This document shows positions 17,332-26,503 of a DNA stretch of 64,000 bases, one piece after another (positions within the stretch are counted from its first letter, which is position 1; every line of letters starts with the position of its first letter). Under the pieces are notes generated by a model that saw only the letters and a program-made list of their open reading frames with translations, searched no databases and was not told the DNA's origin. The position numbers and the translations under genes were made by a program. Source of the stretch: Alphaproteobacteria bacterium (GTDB lineage Bacteria > Pseudomonadota > Alphaproteobacteria > UBA7887); contig CBDCGL010000011.1 in NCBI GenBank assembly GCA_965216755.1, positions 224,001-288,000 on the forward strand, read 5' to 3'.

Positions 17332-18807
17332 GTGGATACAACATTGTCTTTGGGCGCGGTTCCCGCCCACTACGCGAGCACTTTAGGGCCGGATACTGTA
17401 TGCCTCACCTATCCGGACGGTGCGCTCACCTGGCTGGAACTGGACATGCGAACCAATCAGCGTGCGCGGGCTTTTTCGGATTTGGGTGTCGGTCAAGATG
17501 ATTTCGTGACCATTGCGTTGCCCAACGGGTCGCTGTTTCACGAGACCACGTTCGCCTTGTGGAAGTTGGGCGCGACGCCGCACGTCGTCTCTTCGAAATT
17601 GCCAGACCCGGAACTGCGGGCGATTGCGGATCTCCTAAAGCCGAAGCTGATTGTCGGCGTCGATCAAGCGGTGACGCCAAACCATCGTGTGGTGCCAGCG
17701 GATCTTGCGACCGCTAGCCACGCATCTGGCAGCATGCCGCTGCGCGTCGCGAAGCACTGGAAAGCTATGTCCAGCGGCGGCTCGACCGGCCAGCCAAAAA
17801 TCATAGTCGACCACAACCCCGCGAAGGTGGAACCGGATGAGTGGTTCTTGGACATGCCATTGCGTGGATGCGTCCTGAATCCCGGGCCGCTTTATCACAA
17901 TGCTCCCTTCATTTTTTCACACTATGGACTGTTTCGCGGCAACCACGTGGTTGGCATGTCAAAATTCGACGCCTTGGAATCCTTGCGACTGGTCGAAAAG
18001 TACAGGCCTTCGTGGGTGATGATGGTGCCGACGATGATGCATCGTATTTGGCGTTTGGAGGAACCGGAGCGGACCCAATTTGATACGTCCAGCCTTGACA
18101 TCGTCGCCCATGTCGCGGCACCGATGCCGGCGTGGTTGAAAGAAAAGTGGATTGAATGGCTTGGGCCGGAAAGGGTCTATGAACTCTATGGTGCGACAGA
18201 AGGCACTGGGGCAACTTGGATTAGTGGCACCGAATGGCTGGCGCATAAGGGTTCCGTGGGGAAGTTTATCCGCGGCGCACGGGTGAAAATCCTGGGCGAA
18301 GACGGCCGCGAATGCGCGCCCCGCGAAATCGGCGAGGTTTTCCTCATGCCAGAGGGCGGACCGGGCAGCACATATCATTACATCGGCGGCGAGCCAAGAA
18401 GCGTGGCCGGTGGTTGGGAGTCGGTTGGTGATATTGGATGGCTCGATGACGACGGATACTTGTATTTGGCCGACCGTCGCACGGATCTGATCATTTCCGG
18501 CGGCGCCAATATCTATCCGGCCGAGGTGGAATCAGCCTTGGCCGAACATCCGGCTGTCGACACCGCTGTTGTAATTGGGTTGCCAGACGATGACCTCGGC
18601 CAAATCGTTCATGCGATCATTTTTGCGCACGAGGCGTGGCGTGATCGCATAACGGGTGAAATGTTGTGTGAATTCGTAGAGCAAAAACTGGTGCGCTATA
18701 AAACACCACGGACGTATGAGTTTGTCGCGGAATCACTACGAGATGACGCCGGAAAGGTGCGGCGTCCGCAATTGCGCGCGGAACGACTTGCGCACCTGTC
18801 AGCTTAA
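17332..18807 (+). CDS. AMP-binding acyl-CoA ligase
   Basis: Motifs SSGGSTGQPK, YGATE, GDIGWLDDDGYLY, IISGGANIYPAEVE and GKVRR. Confidence 0.9.
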   Translation: MDTTLSLGAVPAHYASTLGPDTVCLTYPDGALTWLELDMRTNQRARAFSDLGVGQDDFVTIALPNGSLFHETTFALWKLGATPHVVSSKLPDPELRAIADLLKPKLIVGVDQAVTPNHRVVPADLATASHASGSMPLRVAKHWKAMSSGGSTGQPKIIVDHNPAKVEPDEWFLDMPLRGCVLNPGPLYHNAPFIFSHYGLFRGNHVVGMSKFDALESLRLVEKYRPSWVMMVPTMMHRIWRLEEPERTQFDTSSLDIVAHVAAPMPAWLKEKWIEWLGPERVYELYGATEGTGATWISGTEWLAHKGSVGKFIRGARVKILGEDGRECAPREIGEVFLMPEGGPGSTYHYIGGEPRSVAGGWESVGDIGWLDDDGYLYLADRRTDLIISGGANIYPAEVESALAEHPAVDTAVVIGLPDDDLGQIVHAIIFAHEAWRDRITGEMLCEFVEQKLVRYKTPRTYEFVAESLRDDAGKVRRPQLRAERLAHLSA

Positions 18808-18808
18808 G

Positions 18809-19272
18809 CTAGAGCGCTTTCCGACCATATTGAATCAATTCTGTTTGCGGTCCGGCGCGGCGGTCCACAAGAAGGGCGACGCAGCGCGATGCTCGTGTCC
18901 CGAAACCGCAGTTCGTCACGTCTGACCCCAGGCGCCTTACGAACTTCGGTTGCGTCAGGACACGAGCCGAATATTTGGATCTCGTGCGGTTCACGGATCG
19001 GACGTTCGCTCTGGTGCTCGATGCGAGATCAAGCGAACGTCCGATCCACCGCACGAGCGCATCGGGCAAGTCGTCCGACCAATGCGGTCGTCCACATGGA
19101 TTCCCATTGGGGGACGCCTGCCGGTCGCAAACCCGCAGGGCCGGGCGCATTTGTGACAATCTCGACGGCGATGTCCTTCGCCGTATGCCCGATACGGCCT
19201 GCGGACATCGACTTGATCTTGTCATAAAATCGCTCCGGCAGAATGGTTCAATATGGTCGGAAAGCGCTCTAG
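18809..19272. mobile_element. 464-bp non-autonomous MITE-like repeat, copy 1
   Basis: Perfect 26-bp terminal IRs CTAGAGCGCTTTCCGACCATATTGAA / TTCAATATGGTCGGAAAGCGCTCTAG; a closely similar inverted copy lies at 52583-53046. Confidence 0.9.
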
Positions 19273-20147
19273 TCGCGCGATCTCAAAGAACCCCAGTTGC
19301 CGCTTTCAATGTCACCGATTACCAATTTGCGCGTTTCCGTATCCGAAAGGTTCTTAGCCGCATCCATCGCCGCACCGCGAAGTCTTTCGGCTTCGTCTTT
19401 GTTGCCATTGATCGCCGCAGCCCGCGCCAACGCTTCTTGGCTGTAGACAAGGTCGAACGGTAACAAGTCATCTGTGTTGACCTGCGTCATTGCTGCGCAT
19501 TGTTGGGCGTAACGCTGGGCCTCTGTTCCGATGCCGAGTTCCGCGTAGACCCGCGCAAGCAACCAAAGCCCACGTTGATGGTGTACCGCGGTGCCGGCCG
19601 TCATCCAATGCGCGTGTGATGCATGGGCCGCGTGTATCATCTCGCTATTGTCCTCGTTTGAGCGCTTTGCGTTGGCCAACAGCTCCCACACCCGGTTGTT
19701 GAAGCGCACCGCTTCGCGGCGGGGGCGATCTTTCTCGGGGTCGGTTGCGTCGCCAACTTCGGAATCAGTTTCGAACAACGCGAATACCGCGCCAACTGGA
19801 TCTTGGACCACGCAAAATCGGCGCCCGGCCATGGGTTTCGGCGGCACAACAATCTCACCGCCCAGGTCGCGGCACCTGGCGACACTGGTTTCCAGATCTG
19901 TGACGGCGATGTAATTCAACCACACGGGCGGCAAATCGGCATTTGCACCTCGGGCGTGACAGATGCCGGCTGTTGGCTGTGTGTGCCCGGGTATGTGGGC
20001 GCTATAGTCCGCGTAGAGGCCCATATCATGATCCGCAAAAGTCCACCCGACGACCGTTTCATAAAAGGCACGCAGCTTCTCCGCGTCGGGCACCGTCAAA
20101 TCGCTCCAGAAAATGCTACCTGGCTTCGGCTTGTTGAAATCGCTCAT
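19269..20147 (-). CDS. VOC/glyoxalase domain fused to a helical TPR-like domain
   Basis: N-terminal half has WSDLTVPDA..LRAFY..VVGW, WLNYIAVTDL and DPVGA; C-terminal half has FNNRVWELL...MIHAAHASHAHW. Confidence 0.8.
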   Translation of the reverse strand: MSDFNKPKPGSIFWSDLTVPDAEKLRAFYETVVGWTFADHDMGLYADYSAHIPGHTQPTAGICHARGANADLPPVWLNYIAVTDLETSVARCRDLGGEIVVPPKPMAGRRFCVVQDPVGAVFALFETDSEVGDATDPEKDRPRREAVRFNNRVWELLANAKRSNEDNSEMIHAAHASHAHWMTAGTAVHHQRGLWLLARVYAELGIGTEAQRYAQQCAAMTQVNTDDLLPFDLVYSQEALARAAAINGNKDEAERLRGAAMDAAKNLSDTETRKLVIGDIESGNWGSLRSRD

Positions 20148-20245
20148 ATCGAATCCTGTTTCAAATGAGTCGCGCGTTTGAACTTGGGCGGGCTATGGTG
20201 GCCGATGTTCACGAAAGAGATCCGATTTTGCAATCGTAGGAAGCA

Positions 20246-21355
20246 ATGACCGATCGTCAGCCACCATTTCGTGCCGATCATGTTGGGAGTCTGCTCAGAC
20301 CGCCAGAATTGGTTGCGGCGCGCGCCAAGTTTGCGAGTGGTGCCTTAGACGCCGTCGCACTTCGCGCGGTTGAGGATCAATCCGTTGCGGCTGTTATTGT
20401 GAAGCAAGAGGCGGTCGGCTTGCGCGGAATCACCGATGGCGAATATCGTCGTTCTATGTGGCATTTCGACTTTTTGCGCGAATTCGATGGGGTTGAGGAA
20501 GTCACCGCGCCGCACGGCATAAAGTTTCAAGGCGACTTGGAGACCAAGCCTGTTGGGCTGCGGGTCAATGGCAGAATCACATATGGTGGCCACAGTTTCA
20601 TTGATGATTTTGATTTTGTGCGGTCGCGCACGCATCGCATCGCCAAGCAAACGATTCCATCTCCAAGCGTCTTGCATTTTCGCGGCGGCCGACCGGCGAT
20701 CAGTACCGCCACGTATCCGGACCTTGGACCGTTTTTTGCGGACCTTGGAAACGCGTTTGCTGATGTCGTTGAGGCCTTCGCCGACGCTGGCTGCCGCTAT
20801 TTGCAACTTGATGACACCAACTTCGCGTATCTATGCGATCCGGAACAATGTGAAGCATCCCGGGCGCGTGGCGACAACCCTGACGCGCTGCCAGCGATCT
20901 ATGCGAAGCTGATCAACGGCGCTCTGTCGACCCGACCAGCGGACATGCGCGTGACCATGCACCTATGCCGTGGAAATTTTCGATCCTCTTGGATTTCGTC
21001 AGGCGGATATGAGCCGGTCGCGGAATGCTTGTTCAACGATGTGAACGTCGATGGCTACTTTCTTGAATATGACAGTGATCGCGCCGGCAACTTTGAGCCA
21101 CTGCGATTCGTACCGAAAAACAAAGTCGTCGTGCTCGGTCTCATCACGTCAAAATCCGGCGCGCTTGAATCCCCCGACGTAATTCGGCGGCGTATCGATG
21201 AGGCAGCCAAGTTCGTACCACTCGATCAGATTTGCCTCAGTCCTCAATGTGGGTTTGCAAGCACCGAGGAGGGCAACTTGCTGACCGAAGATCAGCAGTG
21301 GCGTAAGCTTGACCTCACCGTACAGATCGCCGACGCTGTGTGGGGCGGCAATTAA
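20246..21355 (+). CDS. Cobalamin-independent methionine synthase II-like protein (single Meth_synt_2 domain)
   Basis: Motifs RADHVGSLLRP, TDGEYRR, HLCRGN, FLEYD and SPQCGFAS (Zn ligands). Confidence 0.9.
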   Translation: MTDRQPPFRADHVGSLLRPPELVAARAKFASGALDAVALRAVEDQSVAAVIVKQEAVGLRGITDGEYRRSMWHFDFLREFDGVEEVTAPHGIKFQGDLETKPVGLRVNGRITYGGHSFIDDFDFVRSRTHRIAKQTIPSPSVLHFRGGRPAISTATYPDLGPFFADLGNAFADVVEAFADAGCRYLQLDDTNFAYLCDPEQCEASRARGDNPDALPAIYAKLINGALSTRPADMRVTMHLCRGNFRSSWISSGGYEPVAECLFNDVNVDGYFLEYDSDRAGNFEPLRFVPKNKVVVLGLITSKSGALESPDVIRRRIDEAAKFVPLDQICLSPQCGFASTEEGNLLTEDQQWRKLDLTVQIADAVWGGN

Positions 21356-21371
21356 GACGGGGAGCACAGCC

Positions 21372-22049
21372 ATGCGGCCTCTTTCTTGCGCACGTCGCGC
21401 GTTGACCCGGCGGTCGATCTTGGGTGGCCTGACGGTCGGACTGGCCGCTGCGGCGGCATCACGCGTTGCCGGTGCCGCTTGCGGCGGGAATACGCCAAGG
21501 CAGGCCACGGGTCCATTTTATCCGCGGGTTATCAAGGAAGCCGATTGGGATTTGACCCATGTCGCGGGCGGCACCGGGCGCGCCGAAGGTTCGGTGATCG
21601 AGGTGGTCGGACAAGTTCGCGATGCCCAGTGCAGGCCCATCGCGGACGCTGTCGTTGAGGTTTGGCAAGCCAATGCCGCGGGCCGTTACGACCATCCCGC
21701 CGATCCCACTGATCGGCCATTGGATCCCAATTTTCAGTCATATGCGCGGCTGGTGGCGGATCGGAACGGTGAGTATCGATTCATCACCGTGAAACCCGGA
21801 CCCTATCCGCTTGGATTTGTCTCGGACGGTGCGGACGCCTGGCGCACACCCCACATTCACTTCAAGATCCATGGCGCGGTTGGTCAGAAATTGACCACGC
21901 AGATGTATTTCGCCGGCGAGGAACTAAACGAGACTGACATCTTGCTTCGGGATGTTCCGATCTCGCAACGCGCATTGCTCGTCGTGCCGTTCGACAGTGC
22001 AAGCGCCACCGGGCTGCCGCGCGGGCGCTTCGACGTGGCGCTGGCATAA
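21372..22049 (+). CDS. Intradiol ring-cleavage dioxygenase (protocatechuate 3,4-dioxygenase-like) with Tat signal
   Basis: Twin-arginine leader TRRSILGG; motifs GPFYP, EVWQANAAGRY.H, KPGPY and RTPHIHF (Fe ligands). Confidence 0.87.
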   Translation: MRPLSCARRALTRRSILGGLTVGLAAAAASRVAGAACGGNTPRQATGPFYPRVIKEADWDLTHVAGGTGRAEGSVIEVVGQVRDAQCRPIADAVVEVWQANAAGRYDHPADPTDRPLDPNFQSYARLVADRNGEYRFITVKPGPYPLGFVSDGADAWRTPHIHFKIHGAVGQKLTTQMYFAGEELNETDILLRDVPISQRALLVVPFDSASATGLPRGRFDVALA

Positions 22050-22083
22050 GGCCGGCCTCGGCCGCCGCCGGGTACGTCGGCTC

Positions 22084-24276
22084 ATGAAGTTGTTCTCCAA
22101 CCGGCATCGCCCTGTACATATGGGCGGCTATCCCCTTGAGCGGCTAAAGCGCGTGGGCCTGGACAAATTACGCGAAGGTCCGCGCGCATTCGAACCAGCT
22201 TCACGGGATGCCACGCTGCTCGGTTCGGTCGGTCAAGTGGACCGAATCTATCTGGAGTTGTTTGCCAAATACCGGGATGGTCCGGTGGCGCCGCGGCGCG
22301 CACCCATCGATGTTGACCCTGAAACTATCGCTCACGACCTGAAAGCGGCCGGGTACTTTCTTGATGCCACCATGATGGGGGCATGCGATCTGCCGCGCGA
22401 CGCGTGGGCCGTGGTGACTGCGGTTGACGCGGATCAACGTCACGCCTTGGTCGTACTTGTTGAGCATGGGCGACCTGTTGAAAGCGCGAATGCGGCATCG
22501 GCTTGGATCAAGAACAGCGACACCCTGCGTAGCACAATGCGGGCTCTCGAAATCGCCAATGTGCTGGCGGGCTATATTCGCAATCTCGGTTGGGGCGCCA
22601 AGTCCCATGCGGTCTCGTGTAGCGACGTCGACATCGACCGGCTCGTTGTGCGCAGCGGCTTGGGGGAATGGCAGCGCAATCGTGTCGTCAACCCATTTCT
22701 CGGCGACCGGTTTGCTGCGGCAATTGTCACGACGGTGTTGCCGATTGCACCCGACTTGCCGCTGGCACCACGGCGCCTGTGGGATCGCGGACCGGCGTTT
22801 TGGTTTGGTCTCGCTGGCGCTGTGCCGGAGCTTGAACGTCGTGACGAACGGCGCCGACCGTCCCATTGGAGCCGCTATCCAATGGAACGGATCAAAACGA
22901 AAGATCGCCCGACGACATTGATTATCGACGAAGAAGTGCCACGCGTATCCAAGCGCGCCGCGTTTTTCGAGCGCGCTTTGCGCGGCGACCTGGGACCAAA
23001 GGCGCAAGCCGAAAGGACCCGTTTTGCGGTCAAACACCCGTTGACTTTTGCCATGCGCGGCATGCAAGCCAGCATGGTGCCAATGCAAGACGGCCCGATC
23101 GCCCAGACACGAGCGCATGGAACAGACGACGCCGACGCTAACGCGCGCGCGGTCAAAGCGCTTTGTTATTGGATGGGCGTCGACCTGGCTGGTATCTGCG
23201 CGATTCCCCGGTATGCCTGGTTTTCGCACAAAGAAAACGGGACGCCGATCACCCCCTACCACAAGAACGCCATCGTAATTCTGATTGACCAGGGCTTCGA
23301 AACAATGGAAGGGGCTAGCGGTGATGATTGGATGTCGGGGTCGCAATCGATGCGTGGCTATATGCGTGGCGCCGAGATTACCGGAATTGTCGCCGAGCAC
23401 ATCCGCAGTCTTGGCTATGGCGCCCGCGCGCAAACCAACATTGACAGCGACGTCCTACATATCCCGCTCATTTTGCGGGCCGGCCTGGGCGAGATGAGCC
23501 GTATCGGCGAACTCGTGCTCAATCCTTATGTCGGACCACGTTTCAAGTCGGCGGCAATAACAACCGATTTGCCGCTAACCGCAGACAAGCCGATCGATTT
23601 TGGTCTCCAGGACATGTGCGCAAAGTGCAACAAATGTGCGCGGGAATGTCCCTGTGATGCGATTCCGTGGGGACACAAGATCATGTTCAATGGCTATGAG
23701 ACATGGAAACCCGATGTCGAACGCTGTGCGCGCTACCGACTCACCAATCCCAAGGGCGCCGCCTGTGGCCGCTGCATGAAAACATGCCCATACAATCATG
23801 AGGGCCTTCTATATCACCGTTTTTTCTTGTGGTTGGCGATACACATACCGGCGTTGCGCGGCTGGATCGCGCGACTAGACGATCGCATCGGCAACGGCCG
23901 TCGCAATTTGGTCAAGAAATGGTGGCGCGACCTCGAGTGGCATCGCGACGGATATGCGGTAACGCCACGGGGGGGTACCAATGCGCGGGATATCAATCTG
24001 ATGCGTAAGGTGGATCCTAGCAAACAGAAATTGGCACTCTACCCTGCTGACGCCATGCCGGTACCCAATGACACAAACCCGCAAATCGTCGATCGCAAAA
24101 GGGCTTTGGCGGCTGCCGCGCAGATCGAGTCGCCAGCCGAGGCAACGCGGCGGCGCGCGCAATATGGCGCCATGCCAAGCCAATATGTCGCCAGGCCACC
24201 GCATGCCGGCGGTCCGCGGGGGCCCGAAGTTGAGGCCGGGCGATCCGGACTTGCGGAACCTGTCACCAAGCGATGA
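22084..24276 (+). CDS. rdhA: Catabolic (non-respiratory) cobalamin-dependent reductive dehalogenase, NpRdhA-like
   Basis: N-terminus MKLFSNRHRPVHMGGYPLERL; duplicated B12 fold; DQGFETMEGASGDDW.S.SQSMRGYMRG; GLGEMSRIG; two 4Fe-4S motifs CAKCNKCARECP and C..CGRCMKTCP; no Tat signal. Confidence 0.92.
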   Translation: MKLFSNRHRPVHMGGYPLERLKRVGLDKLREGPRAFEPASRDATLLGSVGQVDRIYLELFAKYRDGPVAPRRAPIDVDPETIAHDLKAAGYFLDATMMGACDLPRDAWAVVTAVDADQRHALVVLVEHGRPVESANAASAWIKNSDTLRSTMRALEIANVLAGYIRNLGWGAKSHAVSCSDVDIDRLVVRSGLGEWQRNRVVNPFLGDRFAAAIVTTVLPIAPDLPLAPRRLWDRGPAFWFGLAGAVPELERRDERRRPSHWSRYPMERIKTKDRPTTLIIDEEVPRVSKRAAFFERALRGDLGPKAQAERTRFAVKHPLTFAMRGMQASMVPMQDGPIAQTRAHGTDDADANARAVKALCYWMGVDLAGICAIPRYAWFSHKENGTPITPYHKNAIVILIDQGFETMEGASGDDWMSGSQSMRGYMRGAEITGIVAEHIRSLGYGARAQTNIDSDVLHIPLILRAGLGEMSRIGELVLNPYVGPRFKSAAITTDLPLTADKPIDFGLQDMCAKCNKCARECPCDAIPWGHKIMFNGYETWKPDVERCARYRLTNPKGAACGRCMKTCPYNHEGLLYHRFFLWLAIHIPALRGWIARLDDRIGNGRRNLVKKWWRDLEWHRDGYAVTPRGGTNARDINLMRKVDPSKQKLALYPADAMPVPNDTNPQIVDRKRALAAAAQIESPAEATRRRAQYGAMPSQYVARPPHAGGPRGPEVEAGRSGLAEPVTKR

Positions 24277-25205
24277 GTCGTACGGCACTGATCGGGGTCG
24301 ATTGGGGAACCACGTCGTTTCGCGCCTATCGCATCGCCGACGACGGTGAGGTCCTGGAGGCACTCGAAGCGGCGCTTGGCATTTTAAGAGTCAGTGACCG
24401 CTCTTTCGAGAAGGCTTTCGAAGTCAAGCTTGAGTCGTGGCTCGATGCGGAGCCTTCGGCACCGATCTTGATCGCGGGCATGATCACAAGCCGGCAGGGG
24501 TGGATTGAAACCGACTATTTGCGTTGTCCCGCGGGTTGCGAGGAATTGGCGGCAGTATTGGCACGGTTGGAAACAAAGAGGGGTCGCAGGCTCCACTTTG
24601 TAACCGGGCTTACGACAGTCGACGCCGCCGGCATGCCTGATGTCATGCGTGGTGAGGAGACCCAAGTGGTCGGTGCCTGGGCCGATGATCGCCAAAGTGG
24701 CCTGGTGGTATTACCGGGAACCCATTCCAAGTGGGTTTTGATCGAAGGGGGCAAGATCGTGCGATTCGCCACATTCATGACCGGCGAAGTTTATGGGGCT
24801 CTCAAAGATCATACGATCTTGGGGCGCCTTATGACCGGCGATGTCGATGACGCTGCGGCGTTCAAACGCGGCGTGGACGATGGTTTTGACAATGATCCCG
24901 CGCGCGGCGGATTGCTACGGCGTCTGTTCGGGGTGCGTTCCCATGGGTTGGTCGGTAACATGTCCGGCGAAGTGTTGAGCAGCTATCTATCAGGTCTTCT
25001 AATCGGATCCGAAATCCGGGAAGCTTTGTCAGGCCTTGGGTCGCGGCTCGACAAGGGATTGGTGACCGTAATCGCGAGCGAGGCGTTGTTGCGGCGCTAT
25101 GCGCGGGCGCTCTCGTATCTCCAACGGTCATATGAACTGGTCGATGGCGATGCTTCGGCGCGCGGGCTTTACCGCATCGCCGGCGTTGCCAAGCTGTTCG
25201 GCTGA
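24273..25205 (+). CDS. dgoK: 2-dehydro-3-deoxygalactonokinase
   Basis: Motifs DWGTTSFRA, GMITSRQGW, DVMRGEETQ, PGTHSKW and TFMTGE; ATGA overlap with rdhA. Confidence 0.92.
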   Translation: MSRTALIGVDWGTTSFRAYRIADDGEVLEALEAALGILRVSDRSFEKAFEVKLESWLDAEPSAPILIAGMITSRQGWIETDYLRCPAGCEELAAVLARLETKRGRRLHFVTGLTTVDAAGMPDVMRGEETQVVGAWADDRQSGLVVLPGTHSKWVLIEGGKIVRFATFMTGEVYGALKDHTILGRLMTGDVDDAAAFKRGVDDGFDNDPARGGLLRRLFGVRSHGLVGNMSGEVLSSYLSGLLIGSEIREALSGLGSRLDKGLVTVIASEALLRRYARALSYLQRSYELVDGDASARGLYRIAGVAKLFG

Positions 25206-25217
25206 CGATAAGCGCGG

Positions 25218-25952
25218 TTAAATCAGGTCGGCGCGGCCGCCTTCGGCGTGCGAAATATCCTGTTCCGCAATCAGCGAAATGACGTCAAACGTGCGATCAA
25301 TATGCTGGCCCAACAATTTCGCGGCCTTGTCGCAGTCTTTGTCGAGTGTCGCCTCGTAAATCGCCTGGTGCTCCGCGTGAACATCGCGCGGCACAGACTT
25401 GTCTACCAATGCAAAGCGACGGTAACGCTCTGATTGTTGAAGCAGGATGTTTCGGAAGTACAGCAGCCAATTGTTGCGACACGCGGCTGTCAGCGCGCGA
25501 TGAAATGCCAGATTTCTCGCTTCCCACTCGTCGCTGACACCTTTTGCATCGTCCGCGAGACGTTCCTCCACCTTGGCGAGCCTATGATAAGCGGCAACGA
25601 CGTCTGCTTCCCATTCGTCGTCTCCATTCGTGATCGACTCGCGCAAAGCCTCCATTTCCAGCAACCGTCGCATGTCGGTGATGTCCTTGAGATCTGAGAG
25701 CGATAGCGGCGCCACGCGAAAGCCACGTTGACCTTCGGAAATCACCAAGGCATCGCCGACCAAGCGCAACAAAGCCTCGCGTAGCGTACTGGCGCCGATG
25801 CTATAGGAATCACGCAGCCGCTCGATTCGCAATTTGCTGCCTGGTTCTAGGGTCCCGTCCAAGATGTCGTGACGGATACGTTCATAAACCGACTCAACGA
25901 CGGTCTTGGTCACCCGCGTCGGTATTTCTTGAGTCTTTTGAGAAACGTTCAT
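25218..25952 (-). CDS. GntR/FCD family transcriptional regulator
   Basis: wHTH region (IRHDILDG.L.PGSKL...STLREAL, QRGFRV) plus FCD domain (NLAFHRAL, EHQAI); divergent from dmpK. Confidence 0.9.
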   Translation of the reverse strand: MNVSQKTQEIPTRVTKTVVESVYERIRHDILDGTLEPGSKLRIERLRDSYSIGASTLREALLRLVGDALVISEGQRGFRVAPLSLSDLKDITDMRRLLEMEALRESITNGDDEWEADVVAAYHRLAKVEERLADDAKGVSDEWEARNLAFHRALTAACRNNWLLYFRNILLQQSERYRRFALVDKSVPRDVHAEHQAIYEATLDKDCDKAAKLLGQHIDRTFDVISLIAEQDISHAEGGRADLI

Positions 25953-25995
25953 TCTGGGCTGCCGTTCGGTCGGTCTGACGATCACGAGAATGCTA

Positions 25996-26101
25996 CTCGA
26001 TTTTCGAGAATGAGCAACATAATTCGAAAATATATGAAATTTCATTAAAAACAAAAAATATCGAAATTTTCGTTGACAGACGATATCTGTGGGTGTGAAC
26101 T
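25996..26101. promoter_or_regulatory. Divergent gntR/dmpK control region with candidate operators and a sigma70-like promoter
   Basis: CTCGATTTTCGAG at 25996-26008 and TCGAAATTTTCG at 26061-26072; TTGACA at 26073, then 17 bp, then TGAACT; AT-rich. Confidence 0.5.
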
Positions 26102-26194
26102 CACCTCAACGCCTCGCGCAAGAAGGCCTGAAATTGACAACCACATATGTGCCGACAGGCCACAACGAGTTGTCAGCGTTGTAGGGGAAGAGGA

Positions 26195-26503
26195 ATGTCC
26201 GCGGTGGCTGCATGCCAAACCGAATGGGGCCGAGCCTTCATCAAAGTGACCGGTGTCCGTCGCGACCGTTTCGTCGAGTTCTCATTTTGGCTCAACGACG
26301 AAGATCTTAGCGTCGAACTTGTCATGCCTTATCCCGAATTCCAGGAATTCTGCAAAGCGCGGCAGGCGACCCTCGTGTCGCCTGACCAAGCGGCGCGGGT
26401 TCCATTTGAACAGCTTCAATGGCGCTTCCGGGAACCGCAAACCGATCCGACGCCCGAAGCCAAATCGCGTCAAGGACATGACCCAAGGGAGGATGTCTCG
26501 TGA
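26195..26503 (+). CDS. dmpK: Phenol hydroxylase assembly subunit P0
   Basis: FVEFSF.....LSVELVMP..EFQEFC; first gene of the operon. Confidence 0.85.
   Translation: MSAVAACQTEWGRAFIKVTGVRRDRFVEFSFWLNDEDLSVELVMPYPEFQEFCKARQATLVSPDQAARVPFEQLQWRFREPQTDPTPEAKSRQGHDPREDVS

Noticed and set aside
18809-19463. ORFs inside the MITE copies (e.g. 18809-19225, 18975-19463, 52696-53046, 61012-61233) as a conserved protein family
   Set aside because: The similarity is explained by the DNA repeat itself; no transposase motifs or consistent start/RBS. A dN/dS test across many copies would be needed to revive the idea.
20150-20245. Cobalamin riboswitch upstream of the metE-like/rdhA run
   Set aside because: The region is under 100 bp and shows no B12-box motif.
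22084-24276. RdhA as a respiratory dehalogenase or as epoxyqueuosine reductase QueG
   Set aside because: No Tat peptide or rdhB; the length, duplicated domain and GASGDDW motif fit the catabolic RdhA clade rather than QueG.
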